Source: Methanothrix sp. (GTDB taxonomy: Archaea > Halobacteriota > Methanosarcinia > Methanotrichales > Methanotrichaceae). From it: DNA of 64,000 nt. This document shows, piece after piece, positions 29,801 to 41,759 of the stretch. How positions within the stretch are numbered: position 1 is the stretch's first letter; each line of letters begins with the position of its first letter. The stretch spans positions 224,001 through 288,000 of the forward strand of contig OY821645.1 of assembly GCA_963682135.1 (NCBI GenBank), given 5' to 3'. Below the pieces are notes generated by a model. It ran no database searches. It had not been told where the DNA came from and worked only from the letters and a program-made list of their open reading frames with translations. The translations under genes were made by a program, and so were the position numbers.

Positions 29801-30523
29801 GTGGAAATGATAGTCCGTTTTATGAAGGATGGAGTAGTCCGAGGGGGATCGTACAGCAAGGAGAATGGCATAATCTCCGGAGGAGAGGTGCTGGAAGTGG
29901 AGGGACTATTCCTTCTGCCCCCCTGCCAGCCAACCAAGATCGTCTGCGTGGGCTTAAATTACACAAAACATGCCGAGGAGCTGAAGATGCCGCTTCCCGA
30001 GGAGCCCATTCTCTTCTTAAAGCCGCCTTCCTCTGTCCTGCACCCGGAAGGGCATATCATCTATCCCTCCACCAGCTCGCAGGTGGACTATGAAGGCGAA
30101 ATGGCGGTGGTCATTGGAAAACGCTGCAAGAATGTCACGGCAGCGGAGGCGGAACAGTACATCATGGGCTACACCTGCTTCAATGATGTGACGGCCCGAG
30201 ATCTACAGCGCAAAGACGGCCAGTGGACGCGCGCCAAGAGCTTTGACACCTTTGCGCCTTTCGGTCCCTGGATCGGCAGGATCGATCCCTCCAACGCAGA
30301 TATCCAGACGCGGGTCAATGGAAAGGTGGTGCAGAAGTCGAATACCTCTGACCTGATCTTCGATGTGCCGAAATTGGTGCAGTTCATAAGCGGCGTCATG
30401 ACCCTTGAGCCGGGCGATGTGATTGCCACAGGCACGCCTCCGGGAGTGGGGCCTCTGAAGAGAGGAGACGCGGTGGAAGTGGAGATCGAAGGAATTGGAG
30501 TGCTGAGGAACTTTGTGGTTTAG
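29801..30523 (+). CDS. Fumarylacetoacetate hydrolase family protein
   Basis: [29 protein letters not shown]. Confidence 0.93.
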   Translation: MEMIVRFMKDGVVRGGSYSKENGIISGGEVLEVEGLFLLPPCQPTKIVCVGLNYTKHAEELKMPLPEEPILFLKPPSSVLHPEGHIIYPSTSSQVDYEGEMAVVIGKRCKNVTAAEAEQYIMGYTCFNDVTARDLQRKDGQWTRAKSFDTFAPFGPWIGRIDPSNADIQTRVNGKVVQKSNTSDLIFDVPKLVQFISGVMTLEPGDVIATGTPPGVGPLKRGDAVEVEIEGIGVLRNFVV

Positions 30524-30567
30524 TTGAGGGGCATTAGTGGGATGATGTACTTTGGAGGAGGGATCAA

Positions 30568-31149
30568 ATAATTAATTTAATAGAATTTTTTAATATCAAT
30601 AGTGGTGCTGTTACAGCAATATCGACCGTATTTCTAACGGTTGTAACAATTTTTTATGTTATTTTAACGTGGGGTATAAGCTCAGAGACTAAAATGATGA
30701 GAAAAGCTCAGACTGAGCCGCATATTTCTGCAATTATTCAATCAAAAGAAGAATACATAAATTGGATAGATATGATTATACAAAACATTGGATTAGGTCC
30801 CGCTTATAATGTGAAATTTGAAATTAATCCAGATTTCGAAGACGGGAATATTAAACTATCTGAGGTAGGATTTATAAAGAACGGCTTACCGTATTTTGCC
30901 CCAAATCAAAAGTTTGAATTTTTCTTGACAAATCTAGCGGAGAATTATCAAGATAAGATAAAAACAGCTTTCCAAGTGAAAATCACATACGAAAACACTA
31001 TCCATGAATTGCGAAGTAATACTTATTTGATAGATTTATCGCAACAAAGTAGCTTACCTAAACTTGGCGTGCCGCCAATTTATCAAATTTCTGAGAATTT
31101 AAAGAGCATAGATACTACCCTGAATGAAATCAGCGAGAAGCTCAAATAA
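30568..31149 (+). CDS. Low-GC single-TM hypothetical protein; probable ATA start
   Basis: Frame open 42 codons upstream of ATG 30694 encoding a TM helix; GGAGGAGG RBS before ATA 30568. Confidence 0.6.
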   Translation: MINLIEFFNINSGAVTAISTVFLTVVTIFYVILTWGISSETKMMRKAQTEPHISAIIQSKEEYINWIDMIIQNIGLGPAYNVKFEINPDFEDGNIKLSEVGFIKNGLPYFAPNQKFEFFLTNLAENYQDKIKTAFQVKITYENTIHELRSNTYLIDLSQQSSLPKLGVPPIYQISENLKSIDTTLNEISEKLK

Positions 31150-31334
31150 ATATTTTATAATTATAATCTGGTGAGGTATAAGCGAAAGAACAGGTAGCAG
31201 TCCTTGCAGAGAGATTAGTAAAGTTAAACAATGACCATGGAGGGACCACCGAGCTAATGCCCATGATTCCAAGCCACCCTCTCGCAAAAGGCTCATGTGC
31301 CGATTGAAGCGTTCTTGGAAAACAACCAAATAGC

Positions 31335-31679
31335 TTGCCGATGCATATTAATGGTGACATGAAGCAGCAAGCCAATATCACAGGTCCCAAAGTGCATGAT
31401 GTAGGCTATCGCATATTCCTGATGGAGGCTGCATTGGATTGCGGGGTGATGAGAATTTCTGCTTACTGGTGGGAGGAAGACAGCTCGCAAGCAGTCATCT
31501 GCCTGGTTGAGGCTGATGAGGAGAGAATCGCCGCCTTCCTGAAGTTCATAGAAAGCCATAAGCCTGAGCATGCTGATGTATCGGATATCACTTGGGAAGA
31601 TTACAATGGAGATGTGATGCGCATCGGCGAATTTGCGCAGATCTGCACGTGCAGAATCCTTCAAAAGCTATTTCAGTAG
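31335..31679 (+). CDS. Acylphosphatase-like protein, C-terminus possibly degenerate
   Basis: ITGPKVHDVGYR resembles G.VQGVGFR. Confidence 0.65.
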   Translation: MPMHINGDMKQQANITGPKVHDVGYRIFLMEAALDCGVMRISAYWWEEDSSQAVICLVEADEERIAAFLKFIESHKPEHADVSDITWEDYNGDVMRIGEFAQICTCRILQKLFQ

Positions 31680-31776
31680 ACGATCTATATCTCCCGGCTC
31701 AAGGACGAGAGCCGGGACGCCGGGCGGGATCGATTCCGGGGCATCGAGGACGAGCTGAAAGACTGATATCCATTCG

Positions 31777-32490
31777 TCAAAGAATATCGGAGAGCATCTG
31801 CCGGCGCGGACCTTCCGGGTCTCGCAGGAAGAATCTTGGCTTCAGCTTCCCTCTAACCCGCACTCTTGTGTAGACAATGACCTTATCCTTCTGCCCGGAC
31901 TTTTCCGCCAGCAGAGCCTCTAAAGTCTCTTTTTCCCTTTGAGATAACTCTATCTCGCCCTCTCTGCCGGTCGACCAATCAAATATCCTGACCATGTACT
32001 GGGTTTTGATATGCAAAAGTCTGCCCTTTTCTCTATCCTCTTTCGTGCCTATGCCGCAAGCATACTCCACGGGACTCTCGAACTTCCGGCAGGCCTCATC
32101 CGGTCGGCACAGTCCAATGTCAGCTACTCCCAGGTCAGGGTAGCCTTTGCTATGCCGCTTCATAACCTTGCATTTGGGGCAATGCATCTTCAAGAACCAC
32201 TCCTCAAAGATCCGCTCTTCTGTAGCCGCCACGCTCGACCAGATTCGTTTTGCCTCCTGGCGGCTGTATCCTGTCTGTCCCAGGAATGCTGCCAGAATGG
32301 CGGCAGTTCTGTGCTTGCCCTTCTCGCCTGCTGCTTTTACCAATATGCCTTTGATGCAGGGCGCAAAGGCCTGCTCCTCTGCAGGCTCCTCTGCCGTCCA
32401 GAGCATCTCCTCCCTTCGTTCAATGGCCTGAATGGATATTGGTATCTCCTTTCCCTCGGAGATAAGTTGGCGATGTCTATTGGAAGGCAT
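31777..32490 (-). CDS. Protein resembling primase large subunit (PriL) C-terminal Fe-S domain
   Basis: APCIK, H.TA.IL..FL, CPKC, GLC.PD..C...SPVEY. Confidence 0.55.
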   Translation of the reverse strand: MPSNRHRQLISEGKEIPISIQAIERREEMLWTAEEPAEEQAFAPCIKGILVKAAGEKGKHRTAAILAAFLGQTGYSRQEAKRIWSSVAATEERIFEEWFLKMHCPKCKVMKRHSKGYPDLGVADIGLCRPDEACRKFESPVEYACGIGTKEDREKGRLLHIKTQYMVRIFDWSTGREGEIELSQREKETLEALLAEKSGQKDKVIVYTRVRVRGKLKPRFFLRDPEGPRRQMLSDIL

Positions 32491-32493
32491 CTT

Positions 32494-34014
32494 CTATACT
32501 CTCTTGTGTCCTCCCACAAAATAAGCCTGTGTGTCCTTGTCCCCTCGCGTCTGCTGGGGCACGGGCGCCGCGCCCTTGGAAGACTCGTAGTCCATTCTTT
32601 CCTTGAGGATGCATCTGCCGCCTCGCCTGCCTCCCAGCGGGTTCTTGGGAGTGCCCATTGAGTTCATGCAGCGCGCCATGACAGCCGCACCCCGCGCCAG
32701 GCCGTCATCCACGAAGACCACGTTCTTCTCCACCTGATCGTACACCCCCAGTTTCTCGATCTCCTCCAAAATGAGGGCAGGCTTGCCGCCGCTTATCCCT
32801 GCCCTGCCGGTCACTCCCAGAGCGGTATTTTTGGTAACGACTCCCTCCTCGATGCCCACCTGCACCAGCCTGCGGGCAACGCGGGCCATGGCAATATCCA
32901 AAGTGCCGAAAAGGGTCTTCAAGTTGCGGGATTGGTAAATATCGGCGCCAATCTTGTTGAGCTTGGAAAGATCACTGCCGTTCACTCCCACATCGCAGCC
33001 GATGAGTACCACGTTATTCTGAGCTGCAGCCTGCGGGCAGACGGGCACTAGACCGTATTTAGTGCGGCTTGCCGGGACTTTCTCAATTGTCACCAGCTCA
33101 TCAATCTGATCGGCGTACTGATGCGCCTCTTTGCCATAATCTGGTTTGATATCGCCGTTAAAGATATCCAGTGTGGCTCCGGTCATCTTGTCCACCAGTC
33201 CGGTTCCCTGGACGACGGCATCGGGAATTGCACCCGCCAGTCCCAGAAGATTACCGATGGTGTAAGCGTAGGGAAGATCGCTGCTTGTCACCCTTCCGTC
33301 CAGTGTGGTGCCAAAGTCCATGGAGAGGCAGGGATTGCGAAAGTCCACATCCGTCCAGCGACTGCCTTCCTTTATGCCGGCAGTGGCAAGCTCTCCCTCC
33401 ATCTCGTTGGCTACGACTTCCACGCCTGTCGATCCTTGTGGTGGAAAACAAGAGGCTACGGCTCCCATGAAGATCACCTTCTCAATCATGGTGTACCGCT
33501 TGAACCTTTCCAGGATGTTGTGGATGCTCATGGCAGGGGTCATGAGCCGGGGCGGAACGCCTGCATCGAGGCAGCCCTTGGCCAGCGCCTGGATGAATGC
33601 GCCCACCTGATCCGGCGAGTCCAATTCGGCCACCACGCCCGTAGAGCGTACCACGAAGTGCAGGTCGGTCTTGATATCCAGCCGGGCTCTCTCGTGACTC
33701 TCAATGAGGGTATTTTTTACCAGCTCGGCAATTGATTCTCTGGTTAGAGGCGTGCCGTTGATGGTATGGGCAAATGTCTCCTCTCCAGCTTTGGGCCTTC
33801 GCACGTCTCTGGTCATCTTCACAGTCTTATTGACGATGTAGGTCTTGCCGGTGTTCATGTCCGTAGCGGTAAGAACGCATTTGGTGGTGGTATTGCCCAC
33901 CTCTACCGAGGCCACGATGTAAAATGGTTTGGTTCGAAGATCAAGATAATTGAAGGGCGGGCTGCTGGCAATGCGAGGCGATGGTTTTGACTTGAAGAGT
34001 CGAGCGAAGTTCAT
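32494..34014 (-). CDS. Methanogenesis marker protein 14
   Basis: VASVEVGNTTTKC, RSTGVV, NEMEGEL, DFGTTL, DDGLARGAAVMARCMNS. Confidence 0.92.
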   Translation of the reverse strand: MNFARLFKSKPSPRIASSPPFNYLDLRTKPFYIVASVEVGNTTTKCVLTATDMNTGKTYIVNKTVKMTRDVRRPKAGEETFAHTINGTPLTRESIAELVKNTLIESHERARLDIKTDLHFVVRSTGVVAELDSPDQVGAFIQALAKGCLDAGVPPRLMTPAMSIHNILERFKRYTMIEKVIFMGAVASCFPPQGSTGVEVVANEMEGELATAGIKEGSRWTDVDFRNPCLSMDFGTTLDGRVTSSDLPYAYTIGNLLGLAGAIPDAVVQGTGLVDKMTGATLDIFNGDIKPDYGKEAHQYADQIDELVTIEKVPASRTKYGLVPVCPQAAAQNNVVLIGCDVGVNGSDLSKLNKIGADIYQSRNLKTLFGTLDIAMARVARRLVQVGIEEGVVTKNTALGVTGRAGISGGKPALILEEIEKLGVYDQVEKNVVFVDDGLARGAAVMARCMNSMGTPKNPLGGRRGGRCILKERMDYESSKGAAPVPQQTRGDKDTQAYFVGGHKRV

Positions 34015-34214
34015 GGTGAGAGGAAAAGGAAGAGGTGAGATTAAAGCTTTGGGTGGGACGATTCCTGCAAGGCATCGGATTGAGACGGGGCGAATAATCC
34101 GTGCAATCCTACATAGCCTTTATATAGATTCATCTCCATTTAATAATTGAGTATTTTCTGTTCGCGCATTTAGTCTACAGAAATTTATCCATTATCAATT
34201 AAGGTGAAAAGAGC

Positions 34215-34400
34215 ATGGATCAAGATGTCACGGATCAAAAGAGCACGGATCAGCCAACTATAGATCAGACGAAAAAGAAAAAAAATGAATTGGCAAATAA
34301 GTCGGGACGCATGGCCATACTGGAAGAGGATAAAGCAAGAGAGGCTCGCAGGTGGCAGCGCAAAAGAGAGACGATCAAACGATTCGCAGGGACGAAATAG
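34215..34400 (+). CDS. Small basic hypothetical protein
   Basis: GGTGA RBS, TATA upstream, T-rich tract downstream. Confidence 0.6.
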   Translation: MDQDVTDQKSTDQPTIDQTKKKKNELANKSGRMAILEEDKAREARRWQRKRETIKRFAGTK

Positions 34401-34600
34401 TATTGCATTAGCTTTCTTTTCATAGAATTATCCGCAATAGACTATCGCAATTGTCTATTTCTATTGCGAATAGAATAGGATGAACGGCGATCCGAGGCAA
34501 AATACTATTTTTGTTCTCCCTCCTTTACCCGGATCTCCCTCTACTCATACTGACAAGGATAACAAAAGAAATATATATCAGATGTACATAGGTAGTGTTA

Positions 34601-34660
34601 GGTGATGGGGCCTCTGTACCGATCAAGACTAGTGTCCCTTCAAAGACGCCTTATCACCCT
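34601..34660 (+). ncRNA. Candidate small structured RNA or terminator hairpin
   Basis: TATA-like atatatat ~30 nt upstream; 11-bp stem ggtgatggggc/gccttatcacc. Confidence 0.3.
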
Positions 34661-34668
34661 ATTCACCT

Positions 34669-35646
34669 CTAATCCTTCAGCCCTTCCATAGTCACGGAGA
34701 AGACCGCCTCGCCGTCCGGCAGATTGGGCGAGTCCACCAGTCTGGCAATTCGTTTTTCGCCCTTGGACTTGCGCAGGTACAACCTGAAGGTGGACGTATG
34801 CCCCAGCACATGCCCGCCCACAGGCTTGGTGGGATCGCCAAAGAAGGTATCCGGCTTGCTCATGACCTGATTGGTCACCAGAATCAGGGCATTGTTCAGA
34901 TCGCCAAAGCGCATCAGATCGTGCAGATGCTTGTTCAGCTTCTGCTGGCGGTTGGCGAGAGTGCCGCGCCCCACATACTCTGCCCGGAAGTGGGCGGTTA
35001 CCGAGTCCACGATGATCAGGCGCACAGGATATTCCGACTCCCTCGCCTTTTCCGCCAACTCCATGGCGTTCTCCGCCAGAAGGATCTGGTGATTGGAGTT
35101 GAAGGCTCTGGCCACGCTGATGTTTTTTAAGAAATCAGCCGGATCGCGGTCCAGGCCGTCCGGTGCGGGGGGCAGGCCCTTCACCATCTGAGCGATGCGC
35201 TCCGGTCGGAAGGTGTTCTCCGTGTCGATAATAATAACCGAACCGTGCAGGCCGCCATTTTCCGTTGGCAGTTGCACGTTTATGGCCATCTGATGGGCCA
35301 CCTGTGTCTTGCCCGAGCCGAATTCGCCGTACAGCTCCACTATGGACTGAGTCTCCATACCCCCGCCCAATAGCTCATTGAAGCTCTTGCTGCCGGTGGT
35401 GATCTTGCCCACCAGGCGCCTGCGCTCCAAGATTCGGTCGCCCGTCTCAAAGCCGCCCACATCCGCAGCTTCCCGGGCCCCGGCAATGATCTTGGCAGCT
35501 GTGGCTTCTCCTACTTCTGCTGCGGCCACCAGCTCTCCAGGAGAGGCAACAGCTATAGCTTCCACGGAGCCAAAGCCGGCCTCGCGCAGCTTTTCCGCAG
35601 TGGCCGGACCCACACCCGGCAGATCTTCCAGTAATTTTGTCGGCAT
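34669..35646 (-). CDS. radA: DNA repair and recombination protein RadA
   Basis: [30 protein letters not shown]. Confidence 0.97.
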   Translation of the reverse strand: MPTKLLEDLPGVGPATAEKLREAGFGSVEAIAVASPGELVAAAEVGEATAAKIIAGAREAADVGGFETGDRILERRRLVGKITTGSKSFNELLGGGMETQSIVELYGEFGSGKTQVAHQMAINVQLPTENGGLHGSVIIIDTENTFRPERIAQMVKGLPPAPDGLDRDPADFLKNISVARAFNSNHQILLAENAMELAEKARESEYPVRLIIVDSVTAHFRAEYVGRGTLANRQQKLNKHLHDLMRFGDLNNALILVTNQVMSKPDTFFGDPTKPVGGHVLGHTSTFRLYLRKSKGEKRIARLVDSPNLPDGEAVFSVTMEGLKD

Positions 35647-35704
35647 CTTTCCCAGTTCCTCAGAATCTTCCTCAAAGAGAATTCACAGATCTTCTTTAAC
35701 AACG

Positions 35705-36820
35705 TTATCCAGGCGGAGCGAAAGTAATCCGGGTGCGCCATCCGCAGGACAGCTCCAGTTCCTCGTTCCAGCCGCTCTTGGCCAGGGCATCTATAATCTC
35801 TGCTTTGTAGCCCAGATCCAGGGTACGCAGTAGATCGACATGCTCAGCCCAAAGAACCACTTTGATGCGACCCGTATCGTCTGAGATGTAGATATTGGCA
35901 ACTCGTCCCGCCTTTCCGTCATCTCTTTGAAACTCTCGCACCTCTCCCAGACCCGTCACAAAGCCAGAGACGCTGGCGATCATGCCCGGTTTGAGATCGG
36001 CGATTTGCGTCATCTTCTCGGAGAACTGCACAATTTCGCAGCTCTTCTTAATTGTGCTGTAGCTACCCGTCTGAATCTCCAGCGATCCATACCTCTCACG
36101 GCATGAACCGTTCATGACCTCGATCGTCTCACCCTTCTCGAGCGGCATGGCGGCCTGCAGATCCCAGAGGGTAAGCCTGATCTTGCCAGTCTCATCTCCC
36201 AAGAGCACTGAACGCACTTGCCCCTGTCCTCCGTCTTTACGAAGGAACTGCCTGATCTCGCCCGGATCCACAACTGTGCCCACAAGGCTGACATCGCTCA
36301 TGTCTGCTTTGATCTCAGCAATTTTGTGGAGCGCAGTCCTGGGGGATATGTCCAGTTCCACCTCCTCGATGCCCCCGCCTCTGCCTAAGGTAACCTCAGT
36401 CCCGGTGTAGCCCTCTTTGGCCAGACCCCTAACTTTGAGGCACTGTCCCTCTTTCAAATCTCCGGAGCGGACCAGCTCTACTGTCTCGTCCCAGAGAGCC
36501 ACGCGCACAGATCCTGTCTCATCAGCCAGTGTTAAGTTGGCAACCCGTCCCATGGATCCGTCAGAGCGAGGAAACTCGCGTATCTCTGAGACGGCGATCA
36601 CCCGGCCCGTGAAAATAACATTTCCCGTCTCCGGTCGGATGCTGCCAATCTTGGTCAGCACCTCGGATGCACCCAGGTCCCGGGCCACGAGCATTGCCGC
36701 CGTCCTGCCATCGCATAGGCCCGCCATGAGGGCTACCTTCTCATCCACTCTTGCCTGAAAATCCTCCGGAGTTATCTGATCTGCCAACTGGCGGTAGATC
36801 TCCTCTACTTGCTCGTCCAT
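35705..36820 (-). CDS. rpa: Replication protein A (multi OB-fold)
   Basis: Three F.R.DG..G.V....DETG...LW repeats; upstream of radA. Confidence 0.9.
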   Translation of the reverse strand: MDEQVEEIYRQLADQITPEDFQARVDEKVALMAGLCDGRTAAMLVARDLGASEVLTKIGSIRPETGNVIFTGRVIAVSEIREFPRSDGSMGRVANLTLADETGSVRVALWDETVELVRSGDLKEGQCLKVRGLAKEGYTGTEVTLGRGGGIEEVELDISPRTALHKIAEIKADMSDVSLVGTVVDPGEIRQFLRKDGGQGQVRSVLLGDETGKIRLTLWDLQAAMPLEKGETIEVMNGSCRERYGSLEIQTGSYSTIKKSCEIVQFSEKMTQIADLKPGMIASVSGFVTGLGEVREFQRDDGKAGRVANIYISDDTGRIKVVLWAEHVDLLRTLDLGYKAEIIDALAKSGWNEELELSCGWRTRITFAPPG

Positions 36821-36826
36821 TCCCGA

Positions 36827-38560
36827 TCATCCATGAACTCTATAGCGCTCTTCCAGGTACTTCAGATAGGGAGCATGGCAGGAAGCCAGGAAGGCGTTAC
36901 AGACCTCTGCCGGATCTCCGTCCGCCGCAATAGCTCCGTTATCAATGAGCATGGCCCGGTGGGAGATCTCCTTAACGAAATCAACATGGTGGCTGACCAG
37001 GATTATGGTGGTGCCAAGCTCTGCATTGATCTTCTTGATGGCGTTAGAGACCTCACGCATAGTGATGGGGTCGATGTCTCCGAAAGGCTCGTCCAGAATC
37101 AGGATCTTGGGCCTGGCTGCCAGGATAATTGCTAAAGATGCTCTTACCAGCTCTCCGCCGCTCAATTGCTCGGGCAGCTTCCACATGGCTTCTCGATCAA
37201 GAGATATCAGATCAAAAATAGGCTCAGCATACTTACGGGCCTCTGTTGTCGGAAAACGGGGGAACAGATCTTTGAAGATATCTCTGGTCAGTCCCAGTGA
37301 CTCGAGAGCGGCTTTAGCGTCCTCTTCCGACATATCAGTCATGGCATAAATGACATCAAGCACCTTGTCGCTTATGCCCAGCTCCTCGGCCACAGCCCGG
37401 GCATGATCAATAACATCATTGCCCTTGATGCCCATTTTGTAGGCAATCTGATCAAGAATGGTCTCTCCGGCATAGAGAGCAAACTCCTGATACATGATAC
37501 CTAAAGACCGGCGCACATTCATTCTGCCGGGCGAGTAGGTGACCATGTCCACCCACTTATCACCATAGCGATAGCACACACTGCCTTCATCCGGCAGCCT
37601 CACGCCCTGCATGATCTTGAGAAGTGTGGTCTTTCCCCCGCCACTGTTGCCTATGATGGATGTGATCTCGCTCTCGTTTATGTCGAAGTTAAGATTCTCC
37701 ATTTTAAGGACATTAAGAACCTCTCCTGTGCAAATCTGGCAGCCTCTCTTAGATAAACCTCTCACTTTAATGAGTGGCTGGGCATTGGGCCAGGATGCCA
37801 TAGGCACCATTTTTCCAATACCGTCCAGAAATCGGTCCAGGATCTCTCCCGGCTTTCCATCGGCAATGATCTTTCCTTTCTCCAGCCAAATCAGCCTATG
37901 TGCCAGATATTCATGAATCTCGGGCAGATGTGATACTACGATTATGGTCAGATCCAGCTCCTTGTTCACGTTCTTGATGGCATCCAGCACCTCTTGCTTG
38001 GTGGCCGGACAGGCCATGGTGGCCGGTTCATCCAGCAGCAATATTTTAGGTTTTTTGGCCAGTTGCCTGGCAATAAGAAGCCTCTGCTTCTCACCGCCGC
38101 TGAGGATGGTAGCCAGATGTTGTGCTTTTTCGCCCAGGCCCACCAACCGCAGATAGTACATGGCCTCCTGGTACAGCTCATCATAGTCCTCGTCCTCGGG
38201 AATAGGCAAAGCCTCATAGCCGGTTTTCCTGGCTTTAACTCTTCGCACCACGTTTTTAAGAGCAGTCTCCGTCCAGAGTGCGAAGTCTCTTTGCAGGTGT
38301 ATGGCAGTAACTGCCAACTGCTCCCTCTTCACCTCGTCGCTGGAATCTGGTGTGATGGTCAAGTCATCCAGGATTATCCTTCCGGAATCAAAGTTCTCCA
38401 TGCCTCTCAGGATCTTCATGAGAGTGCTCTTGCCACCACCGCTCTTTCCCACCAATCCCAAAATCTCACCTGGTCTGGTGGTGAAGCTGACATTTTCAAG
38501 GGCCACAACATCTCTGTCCTTCACCCTGTATGTCTTGGACAGATTTTCTATCTGGAGCAA
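36827..38560 (-). CDS. AtwA (MCR component A2)-like double ABC ATPase
   Basis: Two Walker A/LSGGE/LDEP sets, no TM partner; lacks zinc-binding insert in domain 1. Confidence 0.8.
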   Translation of the reverse strand: MLQIENLSKTYRVKDRDVVALENVSFTTRPGEILGLVGKSGGGKSTLMKILRGMENFDSGRIILDDLTITPDSSDEVKREQLAVTAIHLQRDFALWTETALKNVVRRVKARKTGYEALPIPEDEDYDELYQEAMYYLRLVGLGEKAQHLATILSGGEKQRLLIARQLAKKPKILLLDEPATMACPATKQEVLDAIKNVNKELDLTIIVVSHLPEIHEYLAHRLIWLEKGKIIADGKPGEILDRFLDGIGKMVPMASWPNAQPLIKVRGLSKRGCQICTGEVLNVLKMENLNFDINESEITSIIGNSGGGKTTLLKIMQGVRLPDEGSVCYRYGDKWVDMVTYSPGRMNVRRSLGIMYQEFALYAGETILDQIAYKMGIKGNDVIDHARAVAEELGISDKVLDVIYAMTDMSEEDAKAALESLGLTRDIFKDLFPRFPTTEARKYAEPIFDLISLDREAMWKLPEQLSGGELVRASLAIILAARPKILILDEPFGDIDPITMREVSNAIKKINAELGTTIILVSHHVDFVKEISHRAMLIDNGAIAADGDPAEVCNAFLASCHAPYLKYLEERYRVHG

Positions 38561-38572
38561 AATAAAAACCTC

Positions 38573-40591
38573 CTACCTTACCTTAGTTCCCGTTTCCACA
38601 AATTCACGAGGCCGGAGCAGCACTGCCTTGCCGTCTGCATCTGCAGCCAGGAGCATGGCTTGCGACTCCACACCAAAGAGCTTGGTCGGCTTGAGATTGG
38701 TCAAGACTACCACCTGCGTGCCAACCAGCTCTTCAACTGAGTAAGCCTCCGCAATGCCTGCCACTACCTGACGAATCTCGCCTCCGATATCGACCTGAAG
38801 CTTGATCAGCTTCTTTGAGCCCTTAATGGGGCCCGCCTCCTTAATTTCCCCGATACGCAGGTCTAATGATCCAAACTCCTCAAAAGAGATCTCACCCTTC
38901 TTAACGTCTGCTTTTTTCTCCGCTTTCCCCTTTGCTTCAGCTTTTTCTATCCTTTCTCGAAATATGGTGTCAAGCTCTTTGACGAATGATTCTTCCATAC
39001 GTGAGAAGAGGATCTGAGGAGTGCCCAGCCGGCCATCCTCCGCCAGGGGAACCATAGCCTCCTGGAAGGATTTTTCTGCCACTGAATCCACCAGGCCCAG
39101 CTGCTTCCAGGCAGCCTCCATCTTTGTGGGCATTACCGGCTGCATGAGGATGACCAGAGCTTTGGCAATCTGCAGACAGCTTCTCAGCACGGCGCCGGCG
39201 GCTGCCTTATCACTCTTCACCAGCTTCCAGGGTTCATGACTCTGGAAGTAGATATTGCCGTAGTCCGCTAAAGTCATCACGCTGTCTATGGCCTTCTTGA
39301 ACTCGTACTCTTCCAGGTCTGCTACAACTTCGTTTAAGGTCTGGCTTATCCTGGCCATGACCTCTGGGTCAATTTCGCCTCGCGGAACGCTGCCCTCATA
39401 GTTCTTCACTGTGAATGTCAGAGCACGGTTTATGAAGTTTCCAAGCGCCCCCACCAGCTCGGTGTTTACCTTGTCGGCAAAGATCTTCCAGGCGAAGTTG
39501 ACCTCCTTGTTGTGAGCTGTGTAACTGGCCAGATAGTAGCGCAGCAGATCGGGATGAAGGCCCTTTTCCAGATAATCGTCTTTGACCCAGATGACATTGC
39601 CCCTTGATTTAGAAAATTTCTTGTCGTCTATCTTTAGCATGCCGCTGGCTACTACCGCCGATGGTAGGGTGTAGCCGGCTCCTTTGAGCATGGCCGGCCA
39701 GAAGATGCAGTGATGGTAGACGATATCCCCGCCGATGAAGTGTACGATCTTGGCCTCATTCTTCCAATAGGCCTGCCAGTCCAGGCCCTTCTTGGCGCAC
39801 CACTCCTCGGTGAAGGCAATGTAGCCGATGGGTGCATCCACCCAGACGTAGACCACCAGATCATCATGTCCTGGGAACTTGACACCCCAAGTCATATTGC
39901 GGGTGATGCACCAATCCTTCAGCTCCTGGCGCACCCACTCCATAGCATAATTGCGAGCCGATGCTGTCCCTCCCAAAGTCTCAAGATAGGAGAGCAGAAA
40001 ATCCTTGAACTGGGAGAGCTTGAAGAAATAATGGATTTGCTTTCTGTACTCAGCCTTCCCGCCGCATACCTTGCAGACTGCGTTTTTTATCTCCCCTGGC
40101 TCCAGATGGCGCCCGCATCCCATATCGCACTCGTCACCGCGAGCGGGCTTTCCGCAGTAGGGGCACTCTCCTTCCACATATCTATCCGGCAGGAAGCGCT
40201 CGCATTTGGGACAGAAGGCCAGCTCGATCTCTTTGGAATAGACGTGGCCACCATCCATGAGGACCTGTACCATCTCTTGCGTGCGATTGTGACAGGCAGG
40301 ATCGTCAGTGTCCCCGAAGAAGTCAAAATCGACGCCCATACCTTTGAAGACCTCGTCAAAATGCTGGTGGTATCTGGCGACAAGTGCTTTGGGCGTCATT
40401 CCCAGGCCTTCAGCATTGACCACGATGGGAGTTCCGTGGGCGTCCGAGCCACATACGAAGAGGACATCTTTGCCCATCTTCTTCAATCCTCGAACAAAGA
40501 TGTCCGCAGGTACATAAGTTCTTAAATGGCCCAAATGACAGGGCCCATTGGCATAGGGCAGGCCGCAGGTAACAAGGATAGGCGATGACAA
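38573..40591 (-). CDS. metG: Methionine--tRNA ligase
   Basis: LPYANG..HLGH, KFSKS, zinc knuckles, C-terminal tRNA-binding domain. Confidence 0.97.
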   Translation of the reverse strand: MSSPILVTCGLPYANGPCHLGHLRTYVPADIFVRGLKKMGKDVLFVCGSDAHGTPIVVNAEGLGMTPKALVARYHQHFDEVFKGMGVDFDFFGDTDDPACHNRTQEMVQVLMDGGHVYSKEIELAFCPKCERFLPDRYVEGECPYCGKPARGDECDMGCGRHLEPGEIKNAVCKVCGGKAEYRKQIHYFFKLSQFKDFLLSYLETLGGTASARNYAMEWVRQELKDWCITRNMTWGVKFPGHDDLVVYVWVDAPIGYIAFTEEWCAKKGLDWQAYWKNEAKIVHFIGGDIVYHHCIFWPAMLKGAGYTLPSAVVASGMLKIDDKKFSKSRGNVIWVKDDYLEKGLHPDLLRYYLASYTAHNKEVNFAWKIFADKVNTELVGALGNFINRALTFTVKNYEGSVPRGEIDPEVMARISQTLNEVVADLEEYEFKKAIDSVMTLADYGNIYFQSHEPWKLVKSDKAAAGAVLRSCLQIAKALVILMQPVMPTKMEAAWKQLGLVDSVAEKSFQEAMVPLAEDGRLGTPQILFSRMEESFVKELDTIFRERIEKAEAKGKAEKKADVKKGEISFEEFGSLDLRIGEIKEAGPIKGSKKLIKLQVDIGGEIRQVVAGIAEAYSVEELVGTQVVVLTNLKPTKLFGVESQAMLLAADADGKAVLLRPREFVETGTKVR

Positions 40592-40732
40592 TCTAGAACA
40601 CCGCTTCTGCTTATGATGAAACAGGCAGATATAGGTTTCCCAGCCTGAGCGGTCTCGTCGTTTCCTGGATAAAATGTATATAATTGAATGGCACATAGAA
40701 ATTCGAGACAATAGATAAACGGGGGTATTCAG

Positions 40733-41746
40733 ATGAGATTAATTGTTATAGCCCTTCTGCTGGTCTTGGCCTTGGGAATGGCCCAGGCCGTGCCGCTGCA
40801 GGGCAGCGATGGAAACGCGACTGTTGTGCTCTTCGGAGCCAGCCGGACGCCAACGGATGATGAGAACGCCACTCACGAAATCTTAAAGGTTGATGTCGGC
40901 CTAATGGGTGTCGAGAATGCCACATATCAACTGGTGGATGCGGATAATAATATCTACCCGGCCGGCTTGTACAAGCAGCTCTCTTCCGGAAAACAGACAA
41001 TCTGGTTCCTCACCAGCAACGATCGCCTCTTCAAACTCATCAATGTGACGCCAAATGGGGGCGCGCCCATTTACATCAACTGGTGGGCAACACCCAAAGG
41101 CAGCAACAATAACTTGATTGTAAGGTATTATGGAATCACCGACTGGCTGGTCAATTCCGATGAGCAAGGGATAGTAGTTCAGGTCCGCGTGCAGAATAAC
41201 GGGACCAAAGACCTCATTGTCAGTCCTGAAAACTTCACACTCTTGGACCAGTGGGGCTGGCCCTATCATCCTACCCTTGGCTTTGATCCGGAAACCGTCG
41301 GTCCGCAAAATGCCACCTCAGATCGTGTCAAGTTGGGCTTCACCGGAATCTCGCTTATTAGTCGTCCTGCCGCACTGGCTTATGACTATTTGATGCCGGA
41401 CCAGATTTTAATAGAGTTCGATCGAGACTATGTGCCTCTCTCGGATGAGACGGTCTACGGTGCCAATGCCACAAAGAGCGCTGCTCCTGCCCAGCCACTG
41501 CCAACCGTCGCACTGCCTGCCGCGGATCAGACCGTACCTGATCAGACCGCCGCAAGCGAGGCCGTGCAGGCTTCAGCCAAAGAGAATACAACCACTAAGA
41601 TCGGCTCCATAAAAGAAAGAGTAGCCGCCAGCAAGGCGCGGCTCGCGGCCACCAAGGAGAGTCTAGACAAGAAGACGCCGGACGCGAGCGACAACTCCAG
41701 CATATCAAGCAACGCTTCAAATAGCACATCGAGCATTTCCGCCTGA
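40733..41746 (+). CDS. Secreted Ig-like (DUF4352-like) protein
   Basis: Signal peptide, V.NNGT..L.....NF.L.DQWGW.Y. Confidence 0.7.
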   Translation: MRLIVIALLLVLALGMAQAVPLQGSDGNATVVLFGASRTPTDDENATHEILKVDVGLMGVENATYQLVDADNNIYPAGLYKQLSSGKQTIWFLTSNDRLFKLINVTPNGGAPIYINWWATPKGSNNNLIVRYYGITDWLVNSDEQGIVVQVRVQNNGTKDLIVSPENFTLLDQWGWPYHPTLGFDPETVGPQNATSDRVKLGFTGISLISRPAALAYDYLMPDQILIEFDRDYVPLSDETVYGANATKSAAPAQPLPTVALPAADQTVPDQTAASEAVQASAKENTTTKIGSIKERVAASKARLAATKESLDKKTPDASDNSSISSNASNSTSSISA

Positions 41747-41759
41747 AGTCCTGATAAGC

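Noticed and set aside
34601-34660. Fluoride riboswitch (GGTGATGGGG start)
   Set aside because: Lacks the adjacent P1 complement and the AAC/UGA motifs; no downstream plus-strand gene
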